DNA of 64,000 nucleotides from Chara braunii. Its lineage: Eukaryota > Plantae > Charophyceae. Positions 34,603 through 48,114 of the stretch are shown here, piece after piece; the stretch's first letter is position 1; each line of letters begins with the position of its first letter. A program made the translations under genes and the position numbers. The DNA lies in the NCBI GenBank assembly GCA_003427395.1, contig BFEA01000013.1, positions 2,867,584 through 2,931,583 of the forward strand, given 5' to 3'. The notes under the pieces were generated by a model. That model saw nothing but the letters and a program-made list of their open reading frames with translations, did not search any database and was not told the origin of the DNA.

Positions 34603-37600
34603 GGAGGGGGACGTGAAGATGGTGGAGGGGCCGGGGGAGATCGATCGGGGAGTGGTGGTCCTGATGTTGTCATGGCAGGAGCCTGGCACAGTGGGGGGCC
34701 AGTTGGCTATTGTTGGTCATTGGGTTGACGCTGTGTAACAGGGTCATCCATTGTTGGAGTCGGACTGTGTCTATGAGCTGTTTTTGTTTCTTTGTCCCGT
34801 CGTCAAAGCTCAGTTGATGCTCAGTTCACGGTCTTGATGGGAAGGACGAAGGGGGGGTCGTCCCATTGATTGTGCTCCTCCAGTATACAGTCCTCTAGGA
34901 ACATTTGCATAAACACCAGGACCCTTTTGACTGTCCACGCAATGTTAGTCCTGAAACGGAAAGAAGTGAGGTCCATGAGTTGTTTATGGTTAAACCATGT
35001 GAAGCCATTGTGTGTTTTTTGCAGTCTGGCCTTGGGGTCAACTTATAGGAGAGCCGGGGTGATCCCCTTAGGGAATGTGAGTGATTCAGGGAGCACCGCC
35101 CCCAACACCCCTACAGTGGCCATCTCACTTAACAAGAACTTTATCTTTTTTTTTAAGGATGACCGCTGTAGAGGGCCTGCCCCTCCATCCATCTAGTGTG
35201 AGGCTGCTAGGCCTGACGTTGTGGTGATGGCGAGTGCCTTGCTGTGGGGGTCTGAGGCCTAGCACCCACTCTCCTCCTTCTTCCACCCTGGTGATTGGGA
35301 AGATGACCACTCCCGGTGGCATAGCCGCCGGGGCGCTGTCATCTTCCTCAAGTCTCACAATTTCTCTCAGTTTTTTGGGGGGAGATGCCTCAATGTAGTC
35401 TTCATCGGATAGCAGCGTGGAGTTGTCATTGTCCTCAAGGCTGATTTCCACAACGAAGAGTTGTCGGGGCAGTATGAGGATTATCTCGTGATCTGATTCC
35501 TCCCGTGGATGGTCCTCCCCGGGGGGGGTCGACCATTTTGCAGAGCAGGGTGGTCTTGATGGTTCACGTCCGGTTGGGCGTGCAAAGTTTTGCAGAGTTC
35601 ATGCACAAGGGCCTTGGGTCAGGCCAAACCTTCGTGAAGGAATGCCTCATCGTGAGGGCCAGACTGTGGGCCTCCCAGTGGAGCACCGTTGAAGTTGCGA
35701 CATTTTCTGGCATAGCTGTCCATTTTGTCCAAGAATTCGTTGACCACCATGACTATGGCTGCCCCCACCTCCATCCAGTCTATCATCGTGACTGTCTTGT
35801 ATTTTTCCACTGTTGCGAGGACCCTTGGACTGTATATAAGCACCATATCTCGTTTTGAGTCTGTCTTCCAGCCTGTCGTCTGTTAGTGAGAAAATTTTGG
35901 TGAGGGTCCAGTCAGTTAGAAACTGTAGCTTTTGTATTGGCCGACAGGGGCGGGTCTGGCGGGGCCGGTTCCACCATCTGTTGAGAGGCCGGCGGGGGTG
36001 ATTCAAGGTCCATTGCCACCGGCATGGTTTGCTGCTTTTGTTGCAACAGGGGCTGGTCCTCCGGGGCAGATGTATCCATGTCTTGGGGGGCAGGCCCGTC
36101 ATTTTCGTTGTCATTTTGGTTGTATGGCACTCCGCAGATCACGTGTTGCTGTTGAGGCTGCTGTAGCTCCTGGGCGAATTGCTGAACAACCTGTTGTTGC
36201 CAGAACATATGCAGCTGTTCTTGCTGCTGTTGCAACATCTGTTGCTGTTGGCAGCAAAGCTGCTGCTGCCATTGCAAGTGCATTTGTTTTAAGAGTTGTT
36301 GTTGTATCAGCCTCCGTTGGTGTTGCTGTTGGTGATATTGCGTCAGTCGGGCTTGCATGAGGATGTGGAGTTGCTCTTCGCATTGTTTGTGTTGCACGAT
36401 GTGCTGGTGTTGTTGTTGTTGGAGTTCCACGGCTTGCTGCTGCGCTTGGTCCAGCACTTGCGTTTGGACTTGCTGTTGTATCTGTTGTTGTATTTGCAGT
36501 TGTTGGTGATCTTGGTGTTGCTGTTAATGTGCGTGCAGTTGTTGTTGCTTTTGGAACTCGGCGCAATGTTGCTGGTGTTGTTGTTGAGTCAGCACTTGTT
36601 GCTCCATTGGCATGCCCTGACAATGGTGACGGTCGTTGCCCACATTCCTATGTTGTGGTTGCTCAGCAAGGGTCTGTTGGCGTTCTTGTTCCATCCTGCA
36701 GCATTGTTGCTGCTCATGGCGTTGCTGGGCTTGGTGTCGTTCCTCTAGCGTTGCCAGTCCCAGGTGCTGGTCCTGACACATCAGCCCCTGTTCCCGGTCG
36801 ACCCAGGTGTGTAGCTGCTCAGGAGGAGCTTGTTGGTGTTTGTGATCCACCTGGTACCGCTGGATTTGGTGCCTCTCTTCCATCACTGCCAGGCAGAGTT
36901 GCTGGTCCTGGAGCAGCAGTCCCTGCTCCCCGCCCGTATGGACGTGTAGTTGCTCAGGGGGAGCCTGTTGGTACTGGTGCTGCTCCTGCAGCTGCATCTC
37001 TGTCCGTTCCTTGTGTTTGTGGTGGTATTGCGGGTCGTGGCATTGGTGCATCTGGGGAAGTTGCCTCTCCTGCTGCGCCGTCAGCACCCTCCCTTCCCCC
37101 TGGCTTCCAGGGGGGCCGTCCTGTGGGAACGGCTGATCCTTCGACAGATGATTGGAGGTGCCTGAGTCAGTCAGAGCAAGGGTGGTCGGTTCTGACTGGG
37201 GGTAGGGAAAGGCTGCTCCTTTGATTTTGTTAATGAGTGAGTTAGCTTTGAGCCACATGTGTTGCGGCGATGACCGCTTGGTGATCGTTTTTGGTACATC
37301 AGCAGGGGGAATTGGCTTGTTGTTGGTCCATGCTTGGAGGCCCTTGCCTTTTGTTGTCCTGGAGCAAGGGGGGTTTCAGACGGGGTTGGATGAGAGTGAA
37401 CACGCGTGTGCAGATGGGTGTCCTCTATTTCAGGTTGTGGATCTACCAAGGTCGGTCTCCCTGCCCTGTCGGTGCTTCCCTCTCCAGAGGAGTGGTCGGC
37501 CATTGGGGTGCTGGTCTTGTCCAGTGTGGGTGCCCTTGAGCACTCTGCTTTCATTATTTCACAGCATTTGTCTCCCTCATGCCGTTGACCATCTGCAGGG

Positions 37601-39225
37601 ACAGGGTGTCGATCCATCAGCAAGGGCATCGATGCTGGGGGAGCAGTCTCCCTTCCCCAGGGGGGAGTAGTATCCCTTCCCAGGAGGGAGTGGTGGTGAC
37701 CCTCCCATCTCACCGACATGGAGGTTGTGCAGAGGTCGTTTGCTACCTTGGGACCCGTCTAGCTTGCTGGTCTCACCCATGGTGGGTGTTTATAAACACT
37801 CTGCTTTCATTATGTCACGACATCTGTCCCCATCAAGCCGTTGGCCATCTGTGGGGATAGGATGTCGATCCGTCAGCAGGGGCGTCGATGCTGGGGGGAG
37901 CAGTTTCCCATTCCCAAGGGGGAGTGGTGACCCTCCCTTCTCGCTGGCGGCAAGGTTGTGCAGAGGTTGTTTGCTACCCTGGGTCCCATCTGGTTTTGGT
38001 TTGTATGTCCATTGGGGGCGGGGTGAGGTCGCCTTGTTGCGCAATATGGGGGCTCCCGATTTTCCAATCCTGGCGGTGCCTCCGATGTTGGTAGCATGCA
38101 ATGACCCATCACCTTTTCCTGGGGCGGCTTCGTATTTGCTCTTGTGCTTGGGGTCGTTATTGACTTGCACCCTCGCCCCAGATGGAAATGCATTTGGTTG
38201 CCCCTTACTCTGCCAGATCCATTTCCCAGGTCGGCCATCTGCGCATGCTCTAAAGATTCACCTTTCAACTTCCTTTTCTTCTAGGTACCACGATTCTTCA
38301 TCCGTAGGATGGATGGGGGATCACCATTCCCCTTATTTTTGACCTGTTGATGTTGGGGCATGCGTCATGAGTACAGAGGTGGCCTCTTTGTTTGCATACA
38401 TAGCACCACGGGTCTTGGGTGTCGCTAACGGGGACTGAGAACTCCTTTCCCCCGTGAGAGTATCTCCATTCCTCGTTGAGGGGGAAGGGAAAGTCCGGAT
38501 CCCAGTCCACGACCATAAGTAGGGATTGTTCATTTTTCCTAAGAATTGTGGTAGATATGTGATATAGCCTTTAACGGGAGCAATGTTCTCCAGGTTAGCG
38601 AGTATTGCTCCCTGCACGCAGAGGGGAACAAATCTGAAGTCCATGTTGCCACTTGCACCGGTCTGCCTCTGAATTGCAACGCATTGTTTCTTAGTATGAT
38701 CTGCTTATCTGTTGAGTATAAGGCAAGTACATTGATGCAGTTGGGGCGTTCAACCTCGATAAGGAAGTGGTCCTGCACGAGTTGGTGGTCTGGTTTAATC
38801 CTGCCAAGCTTGTCAGCGGTCCATTTGACTTTGTCGTTGAAGGGGATCGCTGCTTGCAGAGGATGAAAGCGGAAATGCGGTGCAAGATGTGTGTAGATCG
38901 CATCCCTCACCCCCCTTGCTTGGGTAGGGAAGACAGAGTGGGGATAGATGTAGCCTTCCCTGACTTGACATTTCCTTTGTGGCTCCACATACAACTGCTA
39001 GATGAGCTGGCTCTTCAGTGGAGCCATGGCGACCAAGGTGGAGGACCTATGAGCATCTGACTGCGCAGAGGCAGAAAAAACTCTAGTCAATTGAGGAGGG
39101 GATTTTCTTTTGTCAGCAAAAGGCGTGACTCCATTCTGCGCCCCAGATCCCGATCCTGATGCCACAACTTTGTCCTTCCATATGGCATCCTTCTTGCCCT
39201 CAGATCCCGACCCCGATGCCACAAC
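34430..39225 (-). pseudogene. L1 ORF1 region, unusually long (zinc knuckle, 256-bp internal duplication, Q-rich tract, polyproline end)
   Basis: ORF pieces 38998-39222, 38539-38994, 38298-38516, 36524-37258, 35912-36457 and 35125-35451 lie upstream of ORF2 on the same strand. Confidence 0.6.
34484..34601. repeat. Poly-G tract (contains an N; length unreliable)
   Basis: Directly visible. Confidence 0.9.
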
Positions 39226-39619
39226 TTTGTCCTTCCATGTGGCATCCCTCTTACCCGCTTTCTGTGTTGTTGTTCTCCCCTCTTCCCCCTGAGCAAGTTT
39301 CCAGACATCATGCTTGCTCTAGGTGCGGTCCATTATCCTTCCTTGATAGTAAAAGTGATAATTGACGAATGTTTGAAATGTGATTTGAGGGCTCTATCAG
39401 TGAATATTTGTGTTTTATTTTAGGTGGATAGTTGCTTAAAGGCTCTCTTCGGTATCGTCGTTGTTCTCAATAGGTCCTCATGCGTGCTCACATGATGAAT
39501 ATTGGGGTAATCTTAGTTGAGTATATTTTATAGTATTTATTGACTAACTTACTTGACTCATTCCGAGTGTCAACCCTAAAACCGTTCATTGTTTGTTCAA
39601 CAAGTAATAGGGTCGAGAG

Positions 39620-40700
39620 AGCTCGAGATGGAAGGCTCTCAAGGGAAGATTGGGGTCGAGGAATTCGTTGGGTCTGCAAGATTGGGAGTGAGACAACCTA
39701 CCAAGGTTGAAATCAACTTTTTCAAGGGTTATTATGTCTCTGACTTCCTTGATAAGTTTGGGCAGATAGCGTCCCACTGCTTAGAAGAGGTTATAAAGTA
39801 TATCCATATAGACTTGAAGGAGGAAGTCAGTGGGTTGATTAGAAAAGTGGGGTCATGATGGAGAAAGTTTCACAATGACATGTGGAATACATAGTGGCTA
39901 GGTGAAAAAAAAACTGACCAAAGACGATCTTGAGAAGGAAGATCGGTTCAGTTATTTTCTAGCAAAATATGAACGCATTTCCCACAAGGACTGGACGCTG
40001 TCTAAATATGACAAGTGTTTTGTCTTCCTTATGAACTTTACGGATGCAGAACAACAAGATTTGATACGTGGGCCAGAAGGAAGGCTCATGTGAGACAAAA
40101 TACGAGAGAATTTTGTAGAAGGCGATTTTGATCAGTACCTTTGTCATAATCTGCAGGAAGCAAGGAAAAGAAAGGAGTTGCGAATTTATGAGAAGAGTGA
40201 GTTTGGCAAAAGGCCAAGTGAGTTTGCAGCAGACACCTTTGAGGGCATGAAAAATGAATTTCAGAAGGACGCTAAGATCGTCAAGCGAAATCACAGACGT
40301 AGCAAAGAGAAGAAAAAAAAGTAATGTGTTGAGAGAGAAGAGGTGCAGGTTAGAGTGAGGAATGTTGCAACATATATACCTGTGAGAGGACGATTGACGC
40401 CCCAAACGAGAAGGGAACAAAGGGGCAAAGGGTTCAGGAAGACGTTGGTATAGCCATACCGCCCGCTGCATCCGATCCTAAAAAAGGGTGTAATGATAAT
40501 GGTACATCGTCAATTGTAAGTCGGACTGGGCGAAGGAATAGCAGAGGGCGATAACGGTGGGCAAAGATAGTATGTGCTTGATGTGGAAAAACTGATTATA
40601 CCCTTCGCAGATGTGTCAAAGGAAGGAGTTGAAGGATAAAACCGCTTGCTTTAGATAAGGGTTTTGTTTCTCCCAATAGTTATCATCGCTTTACTTGTCT
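39620..40700 (+). pseudogene. Heavily decayed retrotransposon gag-like fragment, probably continuing after the hAT insertion at 48123
   Basis: FFKGYYVSDFLDKF and FSYFLAKYERIS..WTLS resemble gag capsid motifs; many stops. Confidence 0.35.
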
Positions 40701-41012
40701 CATCTATAGCAAGAGAGGGGTATAGTAATGCTAGCGGTCTCGGGCGACTTAAGAATAGACACTTGGAATGTTATGGCGATGCAGAAGATTCAATTGCTAG
40801 ACTAAGAGACGATTATCTGCTTATTATGCTTCTAAGTCGAGTATAAAAGTTTTATAAGACATAGGTTTCATCATGTATACATTTCTGACTCTAAGTGAGG
40901 GTTTTGGATCTGACTATCCACTCTCTAAGTTTGTTCTGAATTTTGTTGGATGTAAGTGGAAGTCTTCTAGGGTTCGACCATTCGAACGTTGACGCTCACT
41001 CATCTCTGCAAA

Positions 41013-41318
41013 CTATGTGCCAAATTTTCGATTCAACGAGGGTTTCACGTTGAAAAATTCAACGCGCGTTGAATTCGCGAATGAACGGTTTTCGCGAACT
41101 GCGATTTTGCGGGTTTGAGAAAGGGTTTCGGGGTTTCTGAGGGCCTGGGGTGGTGCAGTGGCCTGTTGGGTACCACCTGATGCCCTCAAAATTTTTTAAA
41201 CAAAAATTAATTGAAATTTGTTTAAAAAATGACCCTGACGTCGTGCAGGCACTGCAGGGCGTTTTCGAGGTACCGGTGTGGGGCGGGCTGCTTGGGGAAC
41301 GACTATAAAGAGACGACG

Positions 41319-41383
<65 letters not shown>

Positions 41384-41437
41384 GCAACTTATTTTCAATT
41401 GTTTTTTTTTTATTGATTCAATAGAATGAAACTTTGT

Positions 41438-41475
<38 letters not shown>

Positions 41476-41522
41476 GACGACGACGATGACAACAGAGACG
41501 ACAATGACAGAAGGATCGCGCG

Positions 41523-41569
<47 letters not shown>

Positions 41570-44500
41570 AGAGAGGCGGAGCAGCGGAAGTGGCGGTTGG
41601 AGCGGAGCGGAGCGGGAGTAGCAGCGGAGCGCGGTCGACGACGATGGCGGATCTGCACGCGTGGCGTCGATTAACGTCGTTGAATTTTTAATTCAACGGT
41701 GTAAAACGCGATTCAATGCGATTAATGCATTTGAACGACATTCAACACGACTGAACGCGTTTGTTCGGCGGCCGTTTCACGGTGTGCGGCGGTGTTCGGG
41801 CCGGTCTGAGAAGTTGCCGAAGAGAGGGGGGGGGGGGGGGGGGCCACAAACAGCGGGCAACAAGCGACGGGGGTTGGGTCGCGAGCGGGGTTTGAGGTGA
41901 GGGGGGGCGGGGGGGCGGTGGCCAGGCCGCGTCTCTTCGAAGCAGGGTAGAGGGCGGTCACCATGGGGAGGACACAGCGGCGCAAGCATGAGCTCGCCCC
42001 GGAGCATGTGCAGGAGACATTCAAGGGTCGTTCCCCTGTGTATCGGTACCTTGTCATCAGCCAGAAGGTCGACAAAAAGGGGGTGATGATGCTGCGGTGC
42101 ACGTTTTGCAACAAAGTATTCCAGGGGACTCAGTACCAGGCCACGAGGCACTTCGTCCAGATGAACTACTGCAAGGACGTCAACAACGAGGCGTTGTACG
42201 AGATTGCGCGACGGACTCAACAAAAGTTCGAGTCTGATCAGATGGAGAGGGTTGGCAGGTACGCAGCGGAGCGTAGACTCGATGTGCCCCAGGCTGATGG
42301 TGCAAGAGGAGGAGAGGCGAGACATCGTCCGGTGGAGGGAGGGGGCAGGGGAGCTGGTGGGCAGGATGCGCCCGACCACCCATTGGGGGGTGGAGGCGGT
42401 GACACGGAGGAGGACGTGATGCACATCGATCGCGAGGCGCGTGGCCCCGGCGAGGAGGGAGTCCCGGAATACGAGGCCGTGCCAGAGTTCCAGCCAGCCA
42501 CTGGGGACAGGATGGAGGACTGGCTGTAGCGAGCAGGCAAGGGACAAGTGCCTGCAACGGAGGGTGCGAGTGGGGAGGGTCCTTCAAAGAGGAAGGAAGG
42601 AGGAGTTGATCCGGCTGCCACCCCAACTGGAAAGAGGCTTCACCAACAAAAGGTGATTGAGGTCTACGGTGGCGAGTGGGTTGCTCACCACAAGAAGGTC
42701 TTCCTTCGCTGGCTTTATTCCAGCGGGGTCTCCTTCAATGCCTTCTGCAACCAGGCATGGAAGGCATATCAACAGGTGTTTTTTTTAGCAGCCTGGCAAT
42801 TCCCCGCGCACTGTGCTCCCCAACCACAACGAGATTGCGAGTATGCGGGCGGTGGAGACCCACTGTGCGGAGTTGGCGGAGGAGTTGGAGGGGGTGAGGC
42901 AGTCATTCTGGGTGATTGGTGCCACCATCCTTTCCGACGGGAGGAAATCACGAGACGGGAGACCAATCGTGAATTTCCTTGCCACAAGCTCGCGAGGGGT
43001 CGTCATGTACATGATGATCAATCGCGAGGGAGACGGAAGACCGATCGTGAATTTCCTTGCCACAAGCTCGCGAGGGGTCGTCATGTACATGATGATCAAT
43101 CGTGAGGGCGAGCCAGACGATGCAGAGCACGTCCTTCGGAGATGGGTTACCACCTTCCACGAATTCACGTTCGGTGGGCCGCGGCGGGTCAATGCGATAT
43201 GCACTAACTCTGTTTCTGCGTACGTGGGGGCTGCAAGGGCAATGGCCTCGTCGACCATGCCTCTTGCACTGAGGAGGATCACTTGGCTCTCATGCTTCGT
43301 CCATGTCTGCAACAAATTGTTGTCAAACATGGAGACGAGTTGTGACGCGTTTGTGGACACGATCACACGCGCTCGTGTGCTGGTGGTGTTTTTTAAAACC
43401 CACCAGACTGCCCTTCATTTCTTTAGGAGGCGAAGCCCCGACAAGGGGCTTATTCTTTCCTGCGAGACGCAATTCGCGTCTGTTTATTCCATGTTGAAGA
43501 GGCTGTTATCTCTGCAGGACGACTCACGGGTTTTTGCTTTCATCCCGTGGTCCGCCGATGTGTGCATCATGGTGCATTGGGTGCGCCGATAGATCAGATG
43601 AGATCCTTGGTGGCAGAGGGTGGCCACCATCGTGCATATCATGGAGCTCGTCATGCAGTTGCTTAGGCGGATAGATCGTGGAGGACAGTTCATGTCGTTC
43701 ATGATCGAGTGGACACAGGATCTTGTCCACCGTGTGACGGATGCATGCGCTCCTTTGGAGCAGTCCTTCGCTGACCGGATCATCGGATGTGTGTGGGCCC
43801 ACACACAGCATATGCTTGAGCCGACTCACTGCGATGGGTTCTTACTGAACCCCCGTAGGCGACATGTTCAGTACTTTTCAGGCGAGGTAGCGGAGTACCA
43901 TGCTTGGCTTGTAAGGCAAGCCAAGAAGTACATTCTAACGCAGACGGGTTTCGAGTTAGACGGTGCCGATGACATCGTTGTCTGTCGTCAGCTTGAGGAC
44001 TTCCACATGCAGCAAGGCAGGTTTGGCGATTGGGGCGGGGCAGAGGGGCGTGCTCGTGGGCGCGCGTGTAGCGGGGATGCCGAGATGATAGAGTGCGCGT
44101 CTTGGTGGTCCCAGTTCGGGGCTGGTGCGCCTGAGTTGCACCAGTGCGCTCTTCGTGCGATGCACATGTGGTCCTGCGCCTCTCCAGTGGAGAGGAACTG
44201 GGCAGTCCATGAGGGCAAGCGCAACCAATTGGCCTTCGAGAAGGTCGTGCAACTAGTTGAGATCACCGCAAATGTGCGGTTGACAGAGTAGGCGGGCAGG
44301 ATGCGGTTATGTGCTGCCATGGCAGCGGGACGAGGGCATGTTCGACTGCTAGGCAGGACTCAAGGTGGAGCCGGTGCGCACGGGCACACACAAGGGGATG
44401 ACAGAGGAGGAGATTGCCCAGCAGGTTGCGCTTATTACGCGCGATCCCATCGGGGCTTCCGCACCGCCCTCTGCTGATGTCGTTTTTGATAGACGTGCTT

Positions 44501-47500
44501 GCATTTTTTGTCCCTACCCCAGGGAGGATGACTCGGATGAGGAACCGATACCCGAGGCAGCAGATGACCCTGCGCTCCGCATTCCCCGCGAGATCGATGA
44601 GACGCACGACAATCCATACGACGTGGAGACGAGGACACACACCGCACAACGGGCAGCGGACCGGGCAGACAGGGAGATGCTGGGGGGAGACGAGGATTTT
44701 TGGGGTCCTTTCGGGGAGGTGGCTTCCCCGGGTGATGTGCGCAATGCCAGAGCCAGGATCTCGCATGCAGGCACGAGTTGGACAGAGGCGCGGATGACGA
44801 TTCCTGCTCCAACGAGGCGAGAGTCGTTCATGATGCCACCTCCAGCTCCGAGTCTTGCACCACCATCGCCTGTCTCGCCACATGAGCCAGCCACGGCAGC
44901 GGCGGACACGGAGTTGGCATCCTCCTTGCCTCAGCATGGACTTCTGCAGGGATCTGGGGTGATTCGCCAGCTGAGGTTATGATAACCTTCCCCGGGGATG
45001 TTGCAGGAGGAGGGGGTACCATCAACAGCACCAGTGGAGGGGTAGGTGGCAGCAGCGGAGGGGGACGTAGTAGCAGCAGCAGCGGCAGCAGTGGAGGGGG
45101 AGGTGGCAGCAGTGAAGGAGGAGATAGCAGCAGCAGCGGAGGAGGAGGAGGCACCATCAGCAGCAACAGTGGAGGGGGACTTGACAGTAGCGGAGGAGGA
45201 GAGCAGCAGCGACACAGATGCCGAATGTTAACATGCAGCGTGATGGTGCGGACGGCACTGAGGGTGGTGAGGCCGTTGAGGAGCGCCTCATGCAGCAGTT
45301 CATCACGGAGGAGCTTGATCCGGTCGTGGCGGGTATCACCCCGGGTATGGCAAGGGGCTTGGGGATGTCGGATTCGGAGATGGGGACCCACTTCCACTTT
45401 GATATGTCGACGGGCCTTCCCCCGGATCGGGCACCATCAAGGGACGAGGCGGCAGGCGAGACGGGGTCGGAGACCCCAAGAGACAGGACGACGCCAGAGT
45501 CTCCAGATGCAGCACGCGACATGGAGCGAGAGAGGGTTCGGCTGATGGCATCCAGCGACCCACGTGCTCAGGCTTTCACACGGGCCTTGGAGGAGCGCAG
45601 GCGTCGAGAGACAGGGAGAGATGTTGGGCAGCGTGGGGCAGTGGTGGGGGAGGACGCTATGGAGGTCGTGGCAGCAGAGGCGGAGGAGGATATGGAGGGT
45701 GGACCACAGCCAGTGGATGAGGCTACAAAAGTTGGAGAGGGGCGATACGGGGGGCTTGGAGACACACCGGCGGCAGCTCATGAGACACAGTCTGGTCCAA
45801 TCATCCCGATTCGGGTCTGCACTTGGTCGAGGCCCGACGGTCGCAGCCGGCTGAGGTGGCAGTGCATGGTGTGCCACCTGTTATCATCGAGGATTTGGGA
45901 TCCGAGCCGATGGTTGTGCGTCCAATTCCTCGGCGACCGGCTCCGCAGGAGGTTGATCATCCATTGGATGCCAAGGAGTTGGCAGCGGCCGCTGTGCGCG
46001 ATGTGACTCGACTGGACCGGCGGGTACTTAAGCCGAAACTCGAGCAGCCCCGTTGGCAGAGGATTCCTTCGGTTTCACGGGCCCCTGCATCACCGGTGTG
46101 GTCCGGGTCTACCTCCAGCGGAGGGCCGAGCAGGGCAAATGTTCTAGGGGTTTCGGCGGGCCTGCAGGAGAGAGCGCCAGGTACAGGAGACATGCCACCC
46201 CCTCCTCCTAGGCCATGTGAGGGTGATCCATCGCCGTCGCCCACAACCCGAGGCTCTCCATCCCCACACACGCTTGGGAGATCGAAGGTTCGTGACACGA
46301 CAACGGTTGGGCGCGATGTGCGCGACACGGCGTTGTACGGGAGGACGGACATAGATTTAGATTCCACCCGCCGTGTCAGTTAGCGCACTGCTCGCCTTCA
46401 GGCGGGGTTGGGTCACCACGGCGTCAGGACGACCGCAGCGAGGGAGGTTGTAGCAGCAGGTTGTGAGCCTCAACGAGGTCGAGGCGGAGGAGAGTCCACC
46501 TTGATTTTGGACCACGCTTTGAGAGCAGCGCCGCGTGCTGTGCATGAGTAGACTCCGCGCAAGCGTGGAGTGCCTCGTCCACGCCCCGTACCTGCACAGG
46601 GAGGCGCTACACTTGGAGAGTCTTCGGGGGCGGAGGGGTTGGGGATGCCTTGTGGATCCCGCCGTCAGCAGACGGTCACACAGGCTAGTGCAAGGGTTGT
46701 TGTGTTGAGGAAGGGAGGTGGCCTTGTCACCATCGAGGAGGATCCTGAAACGACACTGGCAATGCGAGAAGATGATGAGGACTACGAGGGTGAGGAGGAG
46801 GAGGAGGAGGAGGAGGAGAGTGAGAGCCGCCACAGCGATGACGACGATGACGACGAGGATGAGCCCCCACCCCCCCCACCGACGCGTGCTTCGAAACGTT
46901 CTTCTGCGCAGACATCGTCATCCGCACGACGGAAGGGGAGGTTGACATCCGGCATTCACGGGGCTACGAGGAGGCATAGCAGGAAGGGGAAGAGGGGTTA
47001 ATGACCATGACGCCAGCAGTCCGCTTTCCCCTACTTGCATGCGACTTCATCGTATTCTGTGCTTTTGTTTTTTCCATCGTGCTGTCTTATCTCATTGTTG
47101 TCAGGTCGTCACTGGTAGTCAGGTAGTGTGCATGCTGCAATTGTAGTTGTTTTCTTTGTTTTTAGTGTGTCCGATTCTGGTATGAGTAGGGCGTTTGTAC
47201 ACTAGAGTGGGTCGGCACCATCGACGCGACTTGTACAGTACTGTTTTTCTAGTAGTCAGTATGCGGCACTAGTAGGATTCATTGTATTATGTTACATTTT
47301 TCATGTGTGATTTCAGTGACTGGTACTTCACTGCTTTTCATGTCCATTACATGTTTCGTGTATGATTTCAGTTACGAGTGTTGCACGACGTTTCGTGTCT
47401 GTTTTTGTCAACGTGTAAATTTATATCTTTAATTGTTATTTTCATTTTTAATTTAATTTATTTCATTTGTTTATTTTGCCTTGAAAGTTGGGTGATTGCT

Positions 47501-48114
47501 TTCTTTTTGTTTCTTTGTAAATTATTGAATGTATGTATATAGACTAGAATACTAACTTTTAATGTTTGGTCGTCACCACCGTCTCCACGCATACCCCTTG
47601 TCAAACATAGGCAAATTGCCTGTGTTTGACAAAGAAGGGGTACTCATGGACACGGGGCTGACTTTGGGGGTGCTCAACGTGGTTGGGTGGGGGGGGCTGT
47701 GTTGGGGAGAGGGGNNNNNNNNNNNNNNNNNNNNNNNNNNNNNNNNNNNNNNNNNNNNNNNNNNNNNNNNNNNNNNNNNNNNNNNNNNNNNNNNNNNNNN
47801 NNNNNNNNNNNNNNNNNNNNNNNNNNNNNNNNNNNNNNNNNNNNNNNNNNNNNNNNNNNNNNNNNNNNNNNNNNNNNNNNNNNNNNNNNNNNNNNNNNNN
47901 NNNNNNNNNNNNNNNNNNNTTTTTTTTTTTCGTTTTTGGTGTTCGGGCGCGTAGAGGCACGTGTCTGAGGCCCAACGCGCCAGTTTCGTTTTTCAAAAAT
48001 TCAACAGAACACCTCCGTTTTTGCGTTAAACGCGATTCAACGGGGGTCCTGGGGCCCATTAAACAGGTTCAACGACATTCAATTTTGTGCGTTCTCCGTT
48101 CATCGGACACACAG
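41013..48114 (+). mobile_element. hAT-superfamily DNA transposon (BED finger, DUF659, dimerisation domain) with 8-bp TSD
   Basis: Exact TSD TCTGCAAA at 41005-41012 and 48115-48122. Imperfect short TIRs CTATGTGCC / CTGTGTGTCC. Multiple subterminal ATTCAACG motifs at both ends. Confidence 0.9.
41963..44291 (+). pseudogene. hAT transposase, disrupted
   Basis: BED finger (RCTFCNKVF..TRHF...YC), ILSDG, CFVHVCNKLL (CxxH), ETQFAS, WWSQFG..PEL..ALR....SCASPVERNW, KRNQL. Stops, frameshifts and a 78-bp duplication. Confidence 0.9.

Larger units (their letters stand above)
28300..39330 (-). mobile_element. L1-type non-LTR retrotransposon, near full length, decayed (boundaries approximate)
   Basis: ORF1 region with zinc knuckle CYVCKQRGHLCTHDAC. 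ORF2 with APE endonuclease (SLNVNGL, VHETH, VNIYAPND, DFN, DHI), RT (PITLL, FIDFEKAYDHVDW, VRQENPIAP, LFADD) and zinc finger (CTYC...EHCLLTC). Confidence 0.88.
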
